Below, piece by piece: positions 13,001-26,331 of a stretch of 64,000 nt of DNA. The position numbers were made by a program, and so were the translations under genes. The notes beneath the pieces are model-generated. The model was given only the letters and a program-made list of their open reading frames with translations. It was not told the DNA's origin and did not search any database. The stretch covers positions 5,154,667 through 5,218,666 of the forward strand of contig CAJINV010000005.1 in NCBI GenBank assembly GCA_905178155.1, written 5' to 3'. Position 1 is the stretch's first letter. Each line of letters starts with the position of its first letter. Origin of the DNA: Amoebophrya sp. A120 (lineage: Eukaryota; Protista; Dinoflagellata).

Positions 13001-16000
13001 GACCGGTGGCGTTTCGAGGTTCTATGACAATGCACAACTCCCCCTCGTCCCCCTCATTTGTCATGCAAAATACCAATTATACATCCCTTTCCCTTAAGCA
13101 CTGCTTGCATGACAGGCTCCGGAAGCTGAAACAGCACTAGAATCGGTCGCTGATTTGTCATGCAAAAGCTGGATTTATGCCAGCACTTGTGTTGCTGCTT
13201 ATGCACTTCAAATGAGGGGGGGGGTTGTGGACTCTCATAGGTTCCGTACGGCACGTACAAACGCATCGCACTGTTTCTCGCCATTGAGTCAGAGATTGAA
13301 CCAGAGTGCGGCGACTTTTGTTTTTGCATTTGCAAACAGGACGTCGAGAGCTCATAATTAGCCGCAGCTTTCGTGTGGATACAAATAGAATAAAGTGTCC
13401 AGCCGTTGTACTAACAGAGTCGCGTATGTTTAATATACGACTCGGGATTTTGATGTGCTACTTGTGCAAGGACGCGGGCAAAATTTCGCCCCGGATTTTC
13501 GAACATTCATTTTGAAGATTTGGATGGTTGAGTAAGACCAAAAAAAGATTCCTTCCTCGGAGGACGACCTGTTGCATTTCTCAAGGAGGATGCAAGTGGC
13601 ACGGTGAAAAATGTCGATTTTCAGAAATTTTTCTGTTGTTCACAGTTTGTCGTGCTTCCTGTGTATTGTTTCACAGACGGATTACGGTGTATTTACCTTG
13701 TTGCACTTTTTTTGTTTTTCTACTCTGGCAGCTGAGGACGCGCTAGTAGTAAGTTCTCTCGCAGGTGCACCTCCTTGTTTTTCGACGGTCGTGCGAAATT
13801 TCTCTCACTTCGGTACAGGTTTCTATTTTAAGAAGCGCACACGTCATTCTATCTTTCTGCGCCCTCCCGTCGTTTTATGATTTATTAATACAAATTTGTC
13901 ACATCGATAGATTTTTGCTACGAGGTTTTTTCTTCATCTTCACCCAAGTTAGAAGACTACTGTCGTTTTGATTCTGTAAAAGTGCAACTGCAACAAATAG
14001 TACGTAGGTAAATTTTCTGAATCAGCAACAGCAACGACACGAGATGTTCACCTCTAGAACCCTGATCTCAGGTTCCGAAGACGCAGGGCCTCTGCTCGGC
14101 CCAACAAGTACGATGTTGTCCGACAGTCCTCCATTGAGACCGGGTTCAAACGATCCAGACCCGGATCCTCTTCTACGTGAAGATTTTCCTTGCACCAGAC
14201 CAACAGCACATGGGGCTCCCGAAGCCGCAAATGCGAAAAATGCAAAAAGGAAGAACACCAGCACGAGCACTAGCAGCTTGGGAGCGGCTACTACTGGAGG
14301 TTCTTCTTCCTACAGCGGCCCAAGTAGGACATTGTCGTCTTCAACATCGTCGACTGGTGCGGGGTTGAGCAATGATAACAAACACCAGCGCATTATCAAA
14401 TGCAAATAAGTCTGGGTCTGGAAACTTGTGATGCTGAATTGTGGATGACTGAAATACTTCCCAATGCAGCTAAGCATGACAAGTTTCCCGCACACTTTTG
14501 CATGCGCATTCCGCATGAAAAACTGCGCTTTTGTATGACAAAAGGAGGTATCTTCTTGCTAGTCATGCAACACAGATTTTACAGGAGTGCAGGACTAGCA
14601 TTACAAGTTCCATGCTTTCAGACCCAGACATATTTGCAATGCATACGCATTCTGAATTACCCGCTCACGCCGGAAGTTGGCCCAAGGGAAGTTGTGCTCC
14701 TAGAAGCTCCACCGATCGAGAAATTCGACGTAGCAACAAGACCCGACGGAGAAACGGGCGTGCTGGAACATGATAGGGAACAGCATCACGCCGGTATAAT
14801 ATCTTCAAACCAGGGCGGAGGAGGAGGAGGAGCATATCAGCATAATGGAAATGAGGGTCTTGTGGCAGGACCACGAGGAGCATCTTCTTCAAGAACACAT
14901 GAGCTGCGGAAGAATACTTCTAGTACGACGAGCATAAAAGATCTGTACAACGTCGTTCCAGCATCATCTGTGAATGATGATAAGCCCCAACAGACGATGA
15001 AAACTCGCAAGCCGCGACATTCCTGGAGCGTGCACAACTATGACCCGCTCAGGTGTCAACTTACAGGCTACGTAAACGTTTACAATAGATGAACATGCAA
15101 GTCTGTGATGCAAAAGGTGATGCAAAAGGTAGCCTACTTGTACTCCTGCAGAAGTGCGCATGACAAGTTCTGGAGTTGTCCCAAACGACCGCACTAGAAT
15201 CGTGCGAAATTTGATTGTATTGCAGAAAGTGGAACGTTGTGCGAGTCTGTCATGCTCGTCATCATGCAATACAAAACGCAGACTCTATTGGAACGCTTGA
15301 GATTGTAGTAACGTTTGAGCAGGTCATAACAACCTCCGGGATTTTCTTGCTGACGAGGAAGAAGTGGACTCGGATTCCTACACCCGCATTTATGGCCTGC
15401 TCAAGTTGTGTTACAATCTGTGATGCAAAAGGTGCATGATCCATCATCCTCTTCTCACAGGAGAGTGCATCACAAGTTCGGGACGAGTACTTCTTACCAA
15501 ACCGCACTAGAATCATCCGGCTAAATTTGTATTGCAAAAAGCGGAACTACACGGCTCTGTGTGTCTCTTATGCTGATCAAGCAACACAAAATCCAGACAC
15601 AGATTCTGTGTACTGTAACCACGTCTGAGATTTTTGTAATAGCTGAGCAGGTTATAGCATTCCCACCGCGTTTTTCTCTACTTCGTTGACATCGGAAGAT
15701 GACGACCATAACAAATTCGACGATATTAGTCTTTTTCGCAGCTACGCTGCCGAGGACCCTCACGCGGCACTCTCCCCCTCTAGCCGAACAGGACATCATA
15801 ACCCGGCCTCCTCAAGTAGCAGGCAGCAGCGCATGGCTATCCTATGTAAAAACGTCCCCAACCCATAGTCAAGATGGGGAATCGGCTACACAAATCTACA
15901 AGTTTTGGCTGCTTTGCATGACAAATTTGGATTCGTAGTGTCGTGCTGTTTGAGCTAGCTCAGCAGCGTCACAGATCTAGTACATCAGGCTGATTGAAGC

Positions 16001-19000
16001 ATGACAGATTCCAAAACACGCCTAAACAATGCCTCTCATGGGGCTCCGCATGAGAAACAGTTTCAGCATGCAGATTTGCAATACAAATACAACTATGGGG
16101 TGGGGACGTTTTTCAATACGATAATGGCCATGGCCTCCTTGCTCCTGGACCGGTGGCGTTTCGAGGTTCTATGACAATGCACAACTCCCCCTCGTCCCCC
16201 TCATTTGTCATGCAAAATACCAATTATACATCCCTTTCCCTTAAGCACTGCTTGCATGACAGGCTCCGGAAGCTGAAACAGCACTAGAATCGGTCGCTGA
16301 TTTGTCATGCAAAAGCTGGATTTATGCCAGCACTTGTGTTGCTGCTTATGCACTTCAAATGAGGGGGGGGGTTGTGGACTCTCATAGGTTCCGTACGGCA
16401 CGTACAAACGCATCGCACTGTTTCTCGCCATTGAGTCAGAGATTGAACCAGAGTGCGGCGACTTTTGTTTTTGCATTTGCAAACAGGACGTCGAGAGCTC
16501 ATAATTAGCCGCAGCTTTCGTGTGGATACAAATAGAATAAAGTGTCCAGCCGTTGTACTAACAGAGTCGCGTATGTTTAATATACGACTCGGGATTTTGA
16601 TGTGCTACTTGTGCAAGGACGCGGGCAAAATTTCGCCCCGGATTTTCGAACATTCATTTTGAAGATTTGGATGGTTGAGTAAGACCAAAAAAAGATTCCT
16701 TCCTCGGAGGACGACCTGTTGCATTTCTCAAGGAGGATGCAAGTGGCACGGTGAAAAATGTCGATTTTCAGAAATTTTTCTGTTGTTCACAGTTTGTCGT
16801 GCTTCCTGTGTATTGTTTCACAGACGGATTACGGTGTATTTACCTTGTTGCACTTTTTTTGTTTTTCTACTCTGGCAGCTGAGGACGCGCTAGTAGTAAG
16901 TTCTCTCGCAGGTGCACCTCCTTGTTTTTCGACGGTCGTGCGAAATTTCTCTCACTTCGGTACAGGTTTCTATTTTAAGAAGCGCACACGTCATTCTATC
17001 TTTCTGCGCCCTCCCGTCGTTTTATGATTTATTAATACAAATTTGTCACATCGATAGATTTTTGCTACGAGGTTTTTTCTTCATCTTCACCCAAGTTAGA
17101 AGACTACTGTCGTTTTGATTCTGTAAAAGTGCAACTGCAACAAATAGTACGTAGGTAAATTTTCTGAATCAGCAACAGCAACGACACGAGATGTTCACCT
17201 CTAGAACCCTGATCTCAGGTTCCGAAGACGCAGGGCCTCTGCTCGGCCCAACAAGTACGATGTTGTCCGACAGTCCTCCATTGAGACCGGGTTCAAACGA
17301 TCCAGACCCGGATCCTCTTCTACGTGAAGATTTTCCTTGCACCAGACCAACAGCACATGGGGCTCCCGAAGCCGCAAATGCGAAAAATGCAAAAAGGAAG
17401 AACACCAGCACGAGCACTAGCAGCTTGGGAGCGGCTACTACTGGAGGTTCTTCTTCCTACAGCGGCCCAAGTAGGACATTGTCGTCTTCAACATCGTCGA
17501 CTGGTGCGGGGTTGAGCAATGATAACAAACACCAGCGCATTATCAAATGCAAATAAGTCTGGGTCTGGAAACTTGTGATGCTGAATTGTGGATGACTGAA
17601 ATACTTCCCAATGCAGCTAAGCATGACAAGTTTCCCGCACACTTTTGCATGCGCATTCCGCATGAAAAACTGCGCTTTTGTATGACAAAAGGAGGTATCT
17701 TCTTGCTAGTCATGCAACACAGATTTTACAGGAGTGCAGGACTAGCATTACAAGTTCCATGCTTTCAGACCCAGACATATTTGCAATGCATACGCATTCT
17801 GAATTACCCGCTCACGCCGGAAGTTGGCCCAAGGGAAGTTGTGCTCCTAGAAGCTCCACCGATCGAGAAATTCGACGTAGCAACAAGACCCGACGGAGAA
17901 ACGGGCGTGCTGGAACATGATAGGGAACAGCATCACGCCGGTATAATATCTTCAAACCAGGGCGGAGGAGGAGGAGGAGCATATCAGCATAATGGAAATG
18001 AGGGTCTTGTGGCAGGACCACGAGGAGCATCTTCTTCAAGAACACATGAGCTGCGGAAGAATACTTCTAGTACGACGAGCATAAAAGATCTGTACAACGT
18101 CGTTCCAGCATCATCTGTGAATGATGATAAGCCCCAACAGACGATGAAAACTCGCAAGCCGCGACATTCCTGGAGCGTGCACAACTATGACCCGCTCAGG
18201 TGTCAACTTACAGGCTACGTAAACGTTTACAATAGATGAACATGCAAGTCTGTGATGCAAAAGGTGATGCAAAAGGTAGCCTACTTGTACTCCTGCAGAA
18301 GTGCGCATGACAAGTTCTGGAGTTGTCCCAAACGACCGCACTAGAATCGTGCGAAATTTGATTGTATTGCAGAAAGTGGAACGTTGTGCGAGTCTGTCAT
18401 GCTCGTCATCATGCAATACAAAACGCAGACTCTATTGGAACGCTTGAGATTGTAGTAACGTTTGAGCAGGTCATAACAACCTCCGGGATTTTCTTGCTGA
18501 CGAGGAAGAAGTGGACTCGGATTCCTACACCCGCATTTATGGCCTGCTCAAGTTGTGTTACAATCTGTGATGCAAAAGGTGCATGATCCATCATCCTCTT
18601 CTCACAGGAGAGTGCATCACAAGTTCGGGACGAGTACTTCTTACCAAACCGCACTAGAATCATCCGGCTAAATTTGTATTGCAAAAAGCGGAACTACACG
18701 GCTCTGTGTGTCTCTTATGCTGATCAAGCAACACAAAATCCAGACACAGATTCTGTGTACTGTAACCACGTCTGAGATTTTTGTAATAGCTGAGCAGGTT
18801 ATAGCATTCCCACCGCGTTTTTCTCTACTTCGTTGACATCGGAAGATGACGACCATAACAAATTCGACGATATTAGTCTTTTTCGCAGCTACGCTGCCGA
18901 GGACCCTCACGCGGCACTCTCCCCCTCTAGCCGAACAGGACATCATAACCCGGCCTCCTCAAGTAGCAGGCAGCAGCGCATGGCTATCCTATGTAAAAAC

Positions 19001-20520
19001 GTCCCCAACCCATAGTCAAGATGGGGAATCGGCTACACAAATCTACAAGTTTTGGCTGCTTTGCATGACAAATTTGGATTCGTAGTGTCGTGCTGTTTGA
19101 GCTAGCTCAGCAGCGTCACAGATCTAGTACATCAGGCTGATTGAAGCATGACAGATTCCAAAACACGCCTAAACAATGCCTCTCATGGGGCTCCGCATGA
19201 GAAACAGTTTCAGCATGCAGATTTGCAATACAAATACAACTATGGGGTGGGGACGTTTTTCAATACGATAATGGCCATGGCCTCCTTGCTCCTGGACCGG
19301 TGGCGTTTCGAGGTTCTATGACAATGCACAACTCCCCCTCGTCCCCCTCATTTGTCATGCAAAATACCAATTATACATCCCTTTCCCTTAAGCACTGCTT
19401 GCATGACAGGCTCCGGAAGCTGAAACAGCACTAGAATCGGTCGCTGATTTGTCATGCAAAAGCTGGATTTATGCCAGCACTTGTGTTGCTGCTTATGCAC
19501 TTCAAATGAGGGGGGGGGTTGTGGACTCTCATAGGTTCCGTACGGCACGTACAAACGCATCGCACTGTTTCTCGCCATTGAGTCAGAGATTGAACCAGAG
19601 TGCGGCGACTTTTGTTTTTGCATTTGCAAACAGGACGTCGAGAGCTCATAATTAGCCGCAGCTTTCGTGTGGATACAAATAGAATAAAGTGTCCAGCCGT
19701 TGTACTAACAGAGTCGCGTATGTTTAATATACGACTCGGGATTTTGATGTGCTACTTGTGCAAGGACGCGGGCAAAATTTCGCCCCGGATTTTCGAACAT
19801 TCATTTTGAAGATTTGGATGGTTGAGTAAGACCAAAAAAAGATTCCTTCCTCGGAGGACGACCTGTTGCATTTCTCAAGGAGGATGCAAGTGGCACGGTG
19901 AAAAATGTCGATTTTCAGAAATTTTTCTGTTGTTCACAGTTTGTCGTGCTTCCTGTGTATTGTTTCACAGACGGATTACGGTGTATTTACCTTGTTGCAC
20001 TTTTTTTGTTTTTCTACTCTGGCAGCTGAGGACGCGCTAGTAGTAAGTTCTCTCGCAGGTGCACCTCCTTGTTTTTCGACGGTCGTGCGAAATTTCTCTC
20101 ACTTCGGTACAGGTTTCTATTTTAAGAAGCGCACACGTCATTCTATCTTTCTGCGCCCTCCCGTCGTTTTATGATTTATTAATACAAATTTGTCACATCG
20201 ATAGATTTTTGCTACGAGGTTTTTTCTTCATCTTCACCCAAGTTAGAAGACTACTGTCGTTTTGATTCTGTAAAAGTGCAACTGCAACAAATAGTACGTA
20301 GGTAAATTTTCTGAATCAGCAACAGCAACGACACGAGATGTTCACCTCTAGAACCCTGATCTCAGGTTCCGAAGACGCAGGGCCTCTGCTCGGCCCAACA
20401 AGTACGATGTTGTCCGACAGTCCTCCATTGAGACCGGGTTCAAACGATCCAGACCCGGATCCTCTTCTACGTGAAGATTTTCCTTGCACCAGACCAACAG
20501 CACATGGGGCTCCCGAAGCC
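7081..20520. repeat. Head-to-tail tandem array, 3147-bp unit, about 4.3 copies
   Basis: Identical ORFs recur at 7750, 10897, 14044, 17191 and 20338 (period 3147). Copy 1 has small differences at 7081-7420 and ~7686; the last copy stops at ~20520. Confidence 0.97.
7750..10136 (+). pseudogene. 3'-truncated paralog of the 20954-26331 gene (repeated at +3147 steps)
   Basis: MFTSRTLISGSEDAGPLLGP...HQRILNYPLTPEVGPREVVLLEAP...RWRFEVPYGTYKRIALFLA is colinear with 20954-23885, then jumps into sequence homologous to 26815-26910. The membrane-spanning C-terminal half is missing. Confidence 0.8.
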
Positions 20521-20953
20521 GTGTAGCTAAATCTATGTTCACTTTTTTGTTTTTCTACTCCGGCGGCAGGAGAGCTGAGCAGTCGCTAGTAAGTAGCTCT
20601 TTCGCAGCATGGTCGTGCGAAATTTATTAAATTTCTGGCATTTCCTCGGTCATGGTCTGTCTCTTTCATCTGCGTCCCCTCCTCGTCGTATAAATTTGTG
20701 GTAGAGCTTGCCACTGGCACACTAGATCATTTTTGCTTGTCAGGGCTTCATCAATCTGCCTTCATTCCTCCCAAGATTCGGCTTTCGTCTTGTTTCCACC
20801 GCGTTCACGAGATTTTTTATCTTCGGCTAACTAAAAAGAAGAACTGCTTGCTTTGTATAATTCAAGAGTAGAGCAACGCGTTCTGGAGCGTACCATATAT
20901 ACTTAAACTACTTTCTCTAACTATTTTCTCTTTTTGGGAAAGTAAGAAGCAAG

Positions 20954-23900
20954 ATGTTCGCCTCGTCTAGCAATACCCTGATCATGTCTTCGAATTCCGA
21001 AGACGCAGGGCCTCTGCTCGGCCCAAGAAGTTGTACGATGTCCGACACCAGTATGGAAGTGTCAGAATCGAAATCGACAAAATCGAAAAATTTGTGATGC
21101 GCAAAATCGTAGCCAGTTAGAGCCACAGTTTGGAGTCGGCGCATGACAAATTTTCCCCGTCCTGGAAGCGAGTCTGTCGCGCGGTTTAGGGCAAAAGAGC
21201 TGCCTTCTGTCATGCTAGTCAGCAGCCCAACATTTGACCCTTACCAGGACTATAGTCCTCCTTCCTTGCATCCTCTGCAATAGAGTCGCTTTCTGTGTAG
21301 CATTTCATGCATTACAGATAATCTCGATTTTGACGATTTCGATCCTGACACCCCCATAACCAGTCCTCCATTGAGGCCCGGTTCAAATGATCCAGGACCA
21401 GGAGTATCCTGAGTAAAATCGTCCCCACCCCATAGTCAAGATGGGGATTTTGCAACACAAACCTGGAAGTCTTGGGACTCATGCATCACAAGTTGCAGTC
21501 CGTAGTGTAGTGCAGGTTAGCAAAGGCAAACGCATCAGAAATCCACCTGCTTATCCTGGTTACAGCATTACAAATTCCAAAACACGACTAGAAACTCCTC
21601 TCATGGAGATGCCCATTACAAATGGTCCTGTCGTTGCAAATCTGCATGACAACTCTGGGGTGGGGACGTTTTTACAAATGATAAGGAGAACCGGACCCTC
21701 TTCCCCCTGATTTTTCTTGCACCAGACCAACAGCACATGGTGCTCCCGTAGCCGCAAATGCGAAAAATGCAAAAAGGAAGAACACCAGCACGAGCACTAG
21801 CAGCTTGGGGGCGGGTACTACTGGTTCTATTTCCTGCAGCGACCCAAGTAGGACATTGATGTCGTCCTCAACATCGTCGACTGGTGCGGGGTTGAACAAT
21901 GATAACAAACACCAGCGCATTCTGAATTACCCACTCACGCCGGAAGTTGGGCCAAGGGAAGTTGTGCTCCTAGAAGCTCCAGTGATCGAGAAATGCGACG
22001 TAGGAACAAGACCCGACGGAGAAACGGGCGTGCTGGACCTTGTTGATAGGGAACATCATCATGCCGGTATAATATCTTCAAACCACCGCGGAGGAGCACA
22101 ATATAATGGAAATGGAGCATATAAAGGAAATGAGGTTGCGGCAGGACCACGAGGAGCATCTTCTTCAACACATGAGCTGCGGAAGAATACGTCTAGTACA
22201 ACGAGCATAAAAGATCTGTACAACGTAGTTCCAGTAACATCTGTGGATGATAAGCACGACCAGCAGACGAAGACTCGCAAGCCGCGACATTCCTGGAGCG
22301 TGCACAACTATGACCCGCTCAGGTGTCAACTTGCAGGCTACGTAAACGTTTACAATAGATAAATATGCAAATCTGTGATGCAAAAGGTGCATGATTTAAG
22401 TTAAGTAGCCTACTCGTACTCCTGCAGGAGTGCGCATGACAAGTTCTGGAGTTGTCCCAAACGACCGGACTAGAGTCGGGCGAAATTTGATTGTCTTGCA
22501 GAAACTGGAACAGGAACGTTGTGCGAGTCTGTCATGCTCGTCATCATGCAATACAAAACGCAGAGGCAGACTCTATTGGAACGCTTGAGATTTTTGTAAC
22601 GTTTGAGAAGGTCATGACAACCTCCGGGATTTTCTTGCTGAAGAGGAAGAAGTGGACTCGGATTCCTACACCCGCATTTATGGCCCGCTTAAGTTTTGTT
22701 AGAATCTGTGATGCAAAAGGTGCATGATCCATCCTCTTCTCACAGGAGTAAGTACGCATGATAAGTTCGAGACGAGTACCAAACCGCACCAGAATTATTC
22801 GGCTCAATTTGTATTGCAAAAAGCGAAACACAACTACTCTGTGTGTCTCTCATGCTGTTGATCATGCAACACAAAATCCAGACACAGACTCTGTGTACTG
22901 TAACCACGTCTGAGATTTTTGTAACAGCTGGGCAGGTTATAAAATTCCCACCGCGTTTTTCTCTACTTCTTTGACATCGGAAGATGACGATCATGTATGA
23001 ATTGCAAAAGTATCGTACTCGTAGTCGTATAAATGCATTACAAATTTCCTCAGCATGAGAGATAAAATTTGTGATGCTGATTTACCTTAAGAGAAAGATT
23101 TTTAAATGCATGACTGCAATACGAATACGATTGATACTTTTGCACAGGATATCACGACAAATTCGACGATATTAGTCTTTTTCGCATCTACGCTGCCGAG
23201 GACCCTCACGCGGCACTCTCCCCCTCTAGCCGAACAGGACATCATAACCCGGCCTCCTCAAGTAGCAGGCAGCAGCGCATGGCTATCCTATGTAAAAACG
23301 TCCCCAACCCATAGTCAAGATGGGGAATCGGCTAGACAAATCTACAAGTTTTGGCTGCTTTGCATGACAAATTTGGATTTGTAGTGTAGTGCTGTTTGAG
23401 CTAGCTCAGCAGCATCACAGATCTAGTATATCATGCTGATTGAAGTATGACAGATTCCAAAAAACGCCTAAACAATGCTTCTCATGGGGCTCCGCATGAG
23501 AAACATTTTCAGCATGCAGATTTGCATATACAACTATGGGGTGGGGACGTTCTTCAATACGATAATGGCCATGGCGTCCTTGCTCCTGGACCGGTGGCGT
23601 TTCGAGGTTCTATGACAATGCACAACTCCCCCTCGTCCCCCTCATTTGTCATGCAAAGTACCAATTATCCATCCCTTTCCGTGAAGCACTGCTTTGATGA
23701 CAGGTTCCGGAAGCTGAAACAGGAACAGCACTAGAATCGGTCGCGAATTTGTCATGCAAAAGCTGCATTTATGCCAGCACTTGTGTTGCTGCTTATGCAC
23801 TTCAAATGAGGGAAAGGGGGGAGTTCGTTGTGGACTCTCATAGGTTCCGTACGGGACTTACAAACGCATCGCATTGTTTCTCGCCTTGCTGGCGAGTGGG

Positions 23901-26331
23901 TATGTTGTGGTCGTGTTTTTCGCTGGAACAACGTCGAGTGCCCTGGCGTCTGGCGAGCACTATTCGGGAACCTCCGCCGCAGCTTCATCTTCTAGCCGCA
24001 GTGCCGATCATACCAGAGGTGATACATCAACCGGGGAGTACTATGGCGCGGGTGGCGCACATGGCGCGAGTGCGGATAGCACATCATTGCACGGAATCGC
24101 AACGACCGTGGATAGCAGTGCAGGAGGTACAGGGGAGAAAGGGATGCAGGTACACAACAAGAAGGATCTCGCTTGTGTCTCTGCGCACCGAACAGTTGAA
24201 AATCATGCGGATCTTACATAATTTCCCGCCCATGTTCTTCTACAGAACAGCATTAGCCGATGCTGTGGAACCAAAATCAAGAAAAAAAATATCAACAGGC
24301 CATCTGCTGCGACCTGCGGCAGCTGATTTTCCTCGGTTTCCTGTTAGCGCACCTTGCGTCCCTGCAGGACAAAGTGCGTTTTTATCCCAATGCAAAAACG
24401 TCCCCACGACCCCAGATCCAAGACAAGGATTCCGCTTCACAGAACCAGCATCTTTTGGCTGTCGCGCATGACAAGTTTGGGCTCGCCGTTTCATCGCGTT
24501 TACGTTTAACTATTGTACTAGCTGCATCACAAATCGATCCCCTTATGCTGCTTCTAGCATGACAAAGTGCCAGACAGCATTACAGGATAGTACTCATGGG
24601 GCTCTGCATGACAAACATTTGAGGCTTGCGGATTTGCACGACAGCTCTGGGGAGGCCGCGGGGACGTTTTTGCTCTGGATAGCTTCGAGTACTTGTTCAA
24701 GTTTTCCGAGAAAAAGCCGCGGGGCTACATTTTCGTGTGCATCTTTTATGAACTGCAAAAGTATCTGATACTCGTACTGCAATCATGCATTACAAATCTT
24801 TTTCTTGAGGTAAATCCGGATTACAAATTTTATTTCTCATGCTGTAATTTGTAATGCATTTATACGAGTACTACGAGGATACTCTTGCAGTTCATATCTT
24901 TTTTCTCACGGCAACTGACTTTTTCACCAAGATGTACGACAAGCTCTTCAGTGGTATCAAATGCGAAAATGTCTGGGCCTGGAAGAATGCATGTTTGTCA
25001 TGCTTGTATGGCATGACTCTTAAATCTGTCATGCGCCTTACCTAATAGCCCCATTCTTCTGTCATGCAGAAACGCAGTTTGTCATGCAGAATAGGCAACA
25101 CCTAGGTAGAAGCTCAAAAACTTGTCATGCTGAGCCAGCATTTGTGGCCTCCTCATGATACGCCACCCAGCGTCACAAGTTTCCAGACCCAGACATATTT
25201 GCAATGCATAAGTGGCGTCTTCGGACTAATTTTCTCGATACTCCACTCCGTCGCCCGGTTCTGCCTCCCCGGGTTTATCGTTCGAACTTTTTCATCTTCT
25301 TCTTCAAGCACCTCGGCTGAACAAGAAGCATCCTCGCACGCTGGTGTTTCAAAGTCAGAGCACCTCCGTGAAGATGGACAACAACCCACTTTACTGGTTT
25401 TACTCTGCGCCGCACCGTTGATCCTGTGGCACATCTACATTGCGCGGAAAGCAACGACGAAGACCGGATTTCTGTGCTATTTGATGTGGAAGTGCTTCTT
25501 CGTTCTGGTGATCGTGTTGCCAAAGACCATATGCATTGCAAATATGTCTGGGTCTGGAAGGTGGTAACTTGTCATGGTAAATCTGAAGCATGCAAAAGTC
25601 TGTGTTGCATGAGTGCTAAAAGCAGCTGTCCACTTTCGACCAAGTTGGGAGGGAGTTTCTCATGCAGGATAGGCATGGCGGAGACCTCGCAGAGTCTGTC
25701 ACGCTAAGTCCCGCATTCCAGACCTCATGGGTCATGGAAAATTTGCATGACAAGTTTACACTCTTCCAGACCCAGACATATTTGCAAGGCATAGACCAAT
25801 TTTCTGGAGTCGATCGGGTTTCTCCTGGCGCTCTTCGTATGCATTGCAAAAGTATCGTATTCGTATAATTGCATTACAAATTCTTTCAGCATGAGAAATA
25901 AAATTTGTAATGCGGATTTAGCTTGAGAACAAGATTTGTAATGCATGTTTGCAATTGCTACGAGCACGATACTTTTGCACAGGATACTTCGGCGAGTACA
26001 ACCATCCCTTGTCCGTAATCAGTCTGGCGTTTGGCTGCGGGTTGTGGGTTATCAAATGCAAATAGGTCTGGGTCTGGAAGGATGCAAGATAGATTCCTAA
26101 ATCTGTAATGCATGAGCAGGAAGGCAGCCTCGTACCTGTCATGCAAAAATGCAGTTTGTCATGCGGGAAGCGAAACATATAGGACCTCAGAAACTTGTCA
26201 TGTGTGGCTGCGTAACGCAGTGCACCCATCATTCACAAACTGGCATCACAAGTTTCCAGACCCAGACATATTTGCAGTCCATATGGGTCCGGGGCTTGGG
26301 CATTTACAGGACCGACCACTTACTGTATTGA
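20954..26331 (+). CDS. Hypothetical multi-pass membrane protein with long low-complexity N-terminus; about 13 introners
   Basis: Frame restored across introners: MFASSSNTLIMSSNSEDAGPLLGP...KRIALFLALLASGYVVVVFFAG...LIFLGFLLAHLASLQDKVRFEYLFKFSEKKPRGYIFVCIFFLTATDFF...CFFVLVIVLPKTNFLESIGFLLALFGEYNHPLSVISLAFGCGLWVRGLGIYRTDHLLY*. One probable GT-AG intron near 24150-24256; junctions at 22340-22900 are degenerate and uncertain. Confidence 0.75.
21052..21358. mobile_element. Introner family D (type copy; ~310 bp; TIR TATGGRRGTGTCAGRATCGAAATCG)
   Basis: TSD ACCAG. Other copies: 36755-37061, 40881-41190, 49031-49342. Confidence 0.92.
25530..25793. mobile_element. Introner family A (type copy; ~230-280 bp; TIR TATNNNNTGCAAATATGTCTGGGTCTGGAA)
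   Basis: TSD GACCA on both sides. Other copies: 3417-3678, 6853-7080 (truncated), 8100-8351 (+3 array copies), 24955-25210, 26050-26283, 27615-27866, 28523-28772, 33603-33855, 37150-37405, 37916-38177, 38930-39198, 40130-40395, 41238-41482, 42127-42381, 42708-42969, 44918-45154, 47159-47409, 48179-48435, 48741-48999, 54100-54359, 54503-54761, 55069-55334, 55407-55658, 56219-56501, 60463-60727, 60790-61053, 61557-62459. Confidence 0.95.
25838..25986. mobile_element. Introner family B (type copy; mostly ~140-170 bp; TIR TATNNNNTGCAAAAGTATCGTACTCGTA)
   Basis: TSD CTTCG. Other copies: 2162-2382 (degenerate), 4277-4421, 22996-23151, 24747-24896, 36542-36690, 39505-39668, 41528-41665, 41952-42103, 43050-43202, 44595-44744, 47712-47856, 49915-50082, 53892-54041, 61135-61284, 61340-61498, 63349-~63480 (interrupted). 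Confidence 0.95.

Noticed and set aside
24955-26283. Recurring ~30-bp repeats with unique intervening sequence resembling a CRISPR array
   Set aside because: The repeats are inverted pairs bounding ~250-bp elements, spacing is irregular, the intervening DNA is coding exon, and no cas genes are present.
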